Shown here in pieces: positions 61,801-64,000 of a DNA stretch of 64,000 bases. The notes beneath the pieces were generated by a model. That model had not been told where the DNA came from and searched no databases. It saw nothing but the letters and a program-made list of their open reading frames with translations. How positions within the stretch are numbered: the first letter of the stretch is position 1; each line of letters begins with the position of its first letter. Source of the stretch: Eledone cirrhosa (lineage: Eukaryota); contig OZ024743.1 in the NCBI GenBank assembly GCA_964016885.1, positions 210,056,001 through 210,120,000 on the forward strand, in the 5' to 3' direction. A program made the position numbers and the translations under genes.

Positions 61801-64000
61801 GATATACCACAGTTTACCATCCTATAGCCACAGATGAAAGCTCTTCACTCCATAAGATATACCACAGTTTACCACCCTATAGCCACAGATTAAAGCTCTT
61901 CACTCCATAAGATATACCACAGTTTACCATCCTATAGCCACAGATGAAAGCTCTTCACTCCATAAGATATACCACAGTTTACCATCCTATAGCCACAGAT
62001 GAAAGCTCTTCATCCATAAGATATACCACAGTTTACCATCCTATAGCCACAGATGAAATCTCTTCACCCATAAGATACACCACAGTTTACCATCCTATAG
62101 CCACACAGGAAAGCTCTTCACTCCATAAGATATACCACAGTTTACCATTCTATAGCCACAGATGAAAGCTCTTCACCCCATAAGATATACCACAGTTTAC
62201 CATCCTATAGCCACACATGAAAGCTCTTCACCCCATAAGATATACCACAGTTTACCATCCTATTGCCACACATGAAAGTTCTTCACTCGATAAGATATAC
62301 CACAGTTTACCATCCTATAGCCACACATGAAAGCTCTTCACTCCATAAGATATACCACAGTTTACCATCCTATAGCAAGATGAAAGCTCTTCACTCCATA
62401 AGATATACGACAGTTTACCATCCTATAGCCACACATGAAAACTCTTCAATCCATAAGATATACCTCAGTTTACCATCTTATAGCCACAGATGAAAGCTCT
62501 TCACTCCATAAGATATACCACGGTTTACCATCCTATAGCCACACATGAAAGCTCTTCACGCCATAAGATATACCTCAGTTTACCATCCTATAGCCACAGA
62601 TGAAAGCTCTTCACTCCATAAGATATACCACAGTTTACCATCCTATAGCCACACATGAGAGCTCTTCACTCCATAAGATATACCACAGTTTACCATCCTA
62701 TAGCCACACATGAAAGCTCTTCACTCCATAAGATATACCACAGTTCACCATCCTATAGCCACACATGAGAGCTCTTCACCCCATAAGATATACCTCAGTT
62801 TACCATCCTATAGCCACACATGAAAGCTCTTCACTCCATAAGATATACCACAGTTTACCATCCTATAGCCACACATGAAAGCTCTTCACTCCATAAGATA
62901 TACCACAGTTTACCATCCTATAGCCACACATGAAAGCTCTTCACGCCATAAGATATACCTCTGTTTACCATCCTATAGCCACAGATGAAAGCTCTTCACT
63001 CCATAAGATATACCACAGTTTACCTTCCTATAGCCACAGATGAAAGCTCTTCACTCCATAAGATATACCACAGTTTACAATGCTATAGCCACAGATGAAA
63101 GCTGTTCACTCCATAAGATATACGACAGTTTACCATCCTATAGCCACAGATGAAAGCTGTTCACTCCATAAGATATACCACAGTTTACCATCCTATAGCC
63201 ACAGATGAAAGCTGTTCACTCCATAAGATATACCACAGTTTACCATCCTATAGCCAGATGAAAGCTCTTCACTCCATAACATATACCACAGTTTACCATC
63301 CTATAGCCAGATGAAAGCTCTTCACTCCATAAGATATACCACAGTTTACCATCCTATAGCCACAGATGAAAGCTCTTCACTCCATAAGATATACCACAGT
63401 TTACCACCCTATAGCCACAGATGAAAGCTCTTCACTCCATAAGATATACCACAGTTTACCATCCTATAGCCACAGATGAAAGCTCTTCACTCCATAAGAT
63501 ATACCACAGTTTACCATCCTATAGCCACAGATGAAAGCTCTTCATCCATAAGATATACCACAGTTTACCATCCTATAGCCACAGATGAAATCTCTTCACC
63601 CATAAGATATACCACAGTTTACCATCCTATAGCCACACATGAAAGCTCTTCACTCCATAAGATATACCACAGTTTACCATCCTATAGCCACAGATGAAAG
63701 CTCTTCACTCCATAAGATATACCACAGTTTACCATCCTATAGCCACACATGAAAGCTCTTCACTCCATAAGATATACCACAGTTTACCATCCTATAACCA
63801 CAGATGAAAGCTCTTCACTCCATAAGATATACCACAGTTTACCATCCTATAGCCACACATGAAAGCTCTTCACTCCATAAGATATACCACAGTTTACCAT
63901 CCTATAGCCACAGATGAAAGCTCTTCACCCCATAAGATATACCACAGTTTACCATCCTATAGCCACAGATGAAAGCTGTTCACTCCATAAGATATACGAC
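40900..64000 (+). repeat. Right-hand satellite domain with irregular 4.0-4.4 kb higher-order units
   Basis: Variants not seen in the left domain include paired 54-bp monomers (TTCATCCAT then TTCACCCAT), GCAAGATG, CAGGAAAG, 56-bp GCCCACAC and 54-bp GAAACTCTT. Offsets include 4,046, 4,101, 4,156, 4,333 and 4,431. Confidence 0.8.
58930..63100 (+). repeat. Dispersed copy of about 45190-49460 (offset 13,743, then 13,635 after a 108-bp deletion near 60300)
   Basis: Offsets 45302->59045, 45740->59483 and 46176->59919 are 13,743; 47875->61510, 48309->61944 and 48628->62263 are 13,635. The two-monomer segment carrying TATAACC at about 46605 is missing from the later copy. Confidence 0.82.

Larger units (their letters stand above)
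1..64000 (+). repeat. 55-bp satellite DNA tandem array (head-to-tail, single orientation, runs off both window edges)
   Basis: The unit ATGAAAGCTCTTCACTCCATAAGATATACCACAGTTTACCATCCTATAGCCACA[G/C] recurs continuously on every line, usually with 0-3 substitutions. I saw no non-repeat sequence. Confidence 0.99.

Noticed and set aside
539-63697. Many plus-strand ORFs (MKALHSIRYTTVYHPIATDESSSLHKIYHSLPSYS...) as a repetitive protein family
   Set aside because: The monomer length of 55 is not a multiple of 3. ORFs arise only where length variants, mainly 53+55 = 108 bp, postpone the in-repeat stop codons. They vanish in the pure 55-bp run at 35.9-39.5 kb, and there is no domain similarity, codon-position bias or gene context.
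1-64000. CRISPR array or other repeat-spacer system
   Set aside because: No unique spacers exist between repeats, the whole 55 bp is conserved, and there is no leader or cas gene.
1-64000. CENP-B box or canonical telomeric repeats
   Set aside because: The consensus has no CpG, so TTCG....A..CGGG is absent, and there are no TTAGGG, TTAGG or TTTAGGG runs on either strand.
1-64000. Tandem tRNA, 5S rRNA, snRNA or spliced-leader RNA genes
   Set aside because: The unit is too short for a gene plus spacer, and has no cloverleaf, A/B boxes, Sm site or oligo-T terminator of four or more T in the consensus.
1-64000. G/C allele pattern (CAGATG versus CACATG) as an information-bearing code or programmed diversification
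   Set aside because: The pattern is copied along with the block duplications and is fully explained by ordinary satellite turnover. No recombinase, reverse transcriptase or expression site is present.

Overview
The whole 64 kb window is one uninterrupted head-to-tail satellite DNA array, with no unique sequence, inversion, transposon insertion or credible gene. The monomer is 55 bp: ATGAAAGCTCTTCACTCCATAAGATATACCACAGTTTACCATCCTATAGCCACA[G/C] (about 40% GC, no CpG in the consensus, roughly 1,150-1,180 copies). Length variants of 53, 54, 56 and 60 bp occur. All ORFs in the track are artefacts of reading through the repeat, mostly where a 53-bp and a 55-bp monomer add up to 108 bp. The real structure lies in the ordered pattern of monomer variants. 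A left domain (about 1-36.3 kb) is built on a 64-monomer, 3,505-bp higher-order repeat (HOR), with nested recent duplications of 823, 2,196, 2,249 and 7,141 bp. A transition zone holds a 1,430-bp duplication. A right domain (about 40-64 kb) has its own diagnostic variants and a looser 4.0-4.4 kb periodicity. This organisation is typical of eukaryotic centromeric, pericentromeric or subtelomeric satellite, but I cannot name the family or organism. I found no protein-coding or RNA-guided system. Boundaries were read by eye and are accurate to about one monomer.
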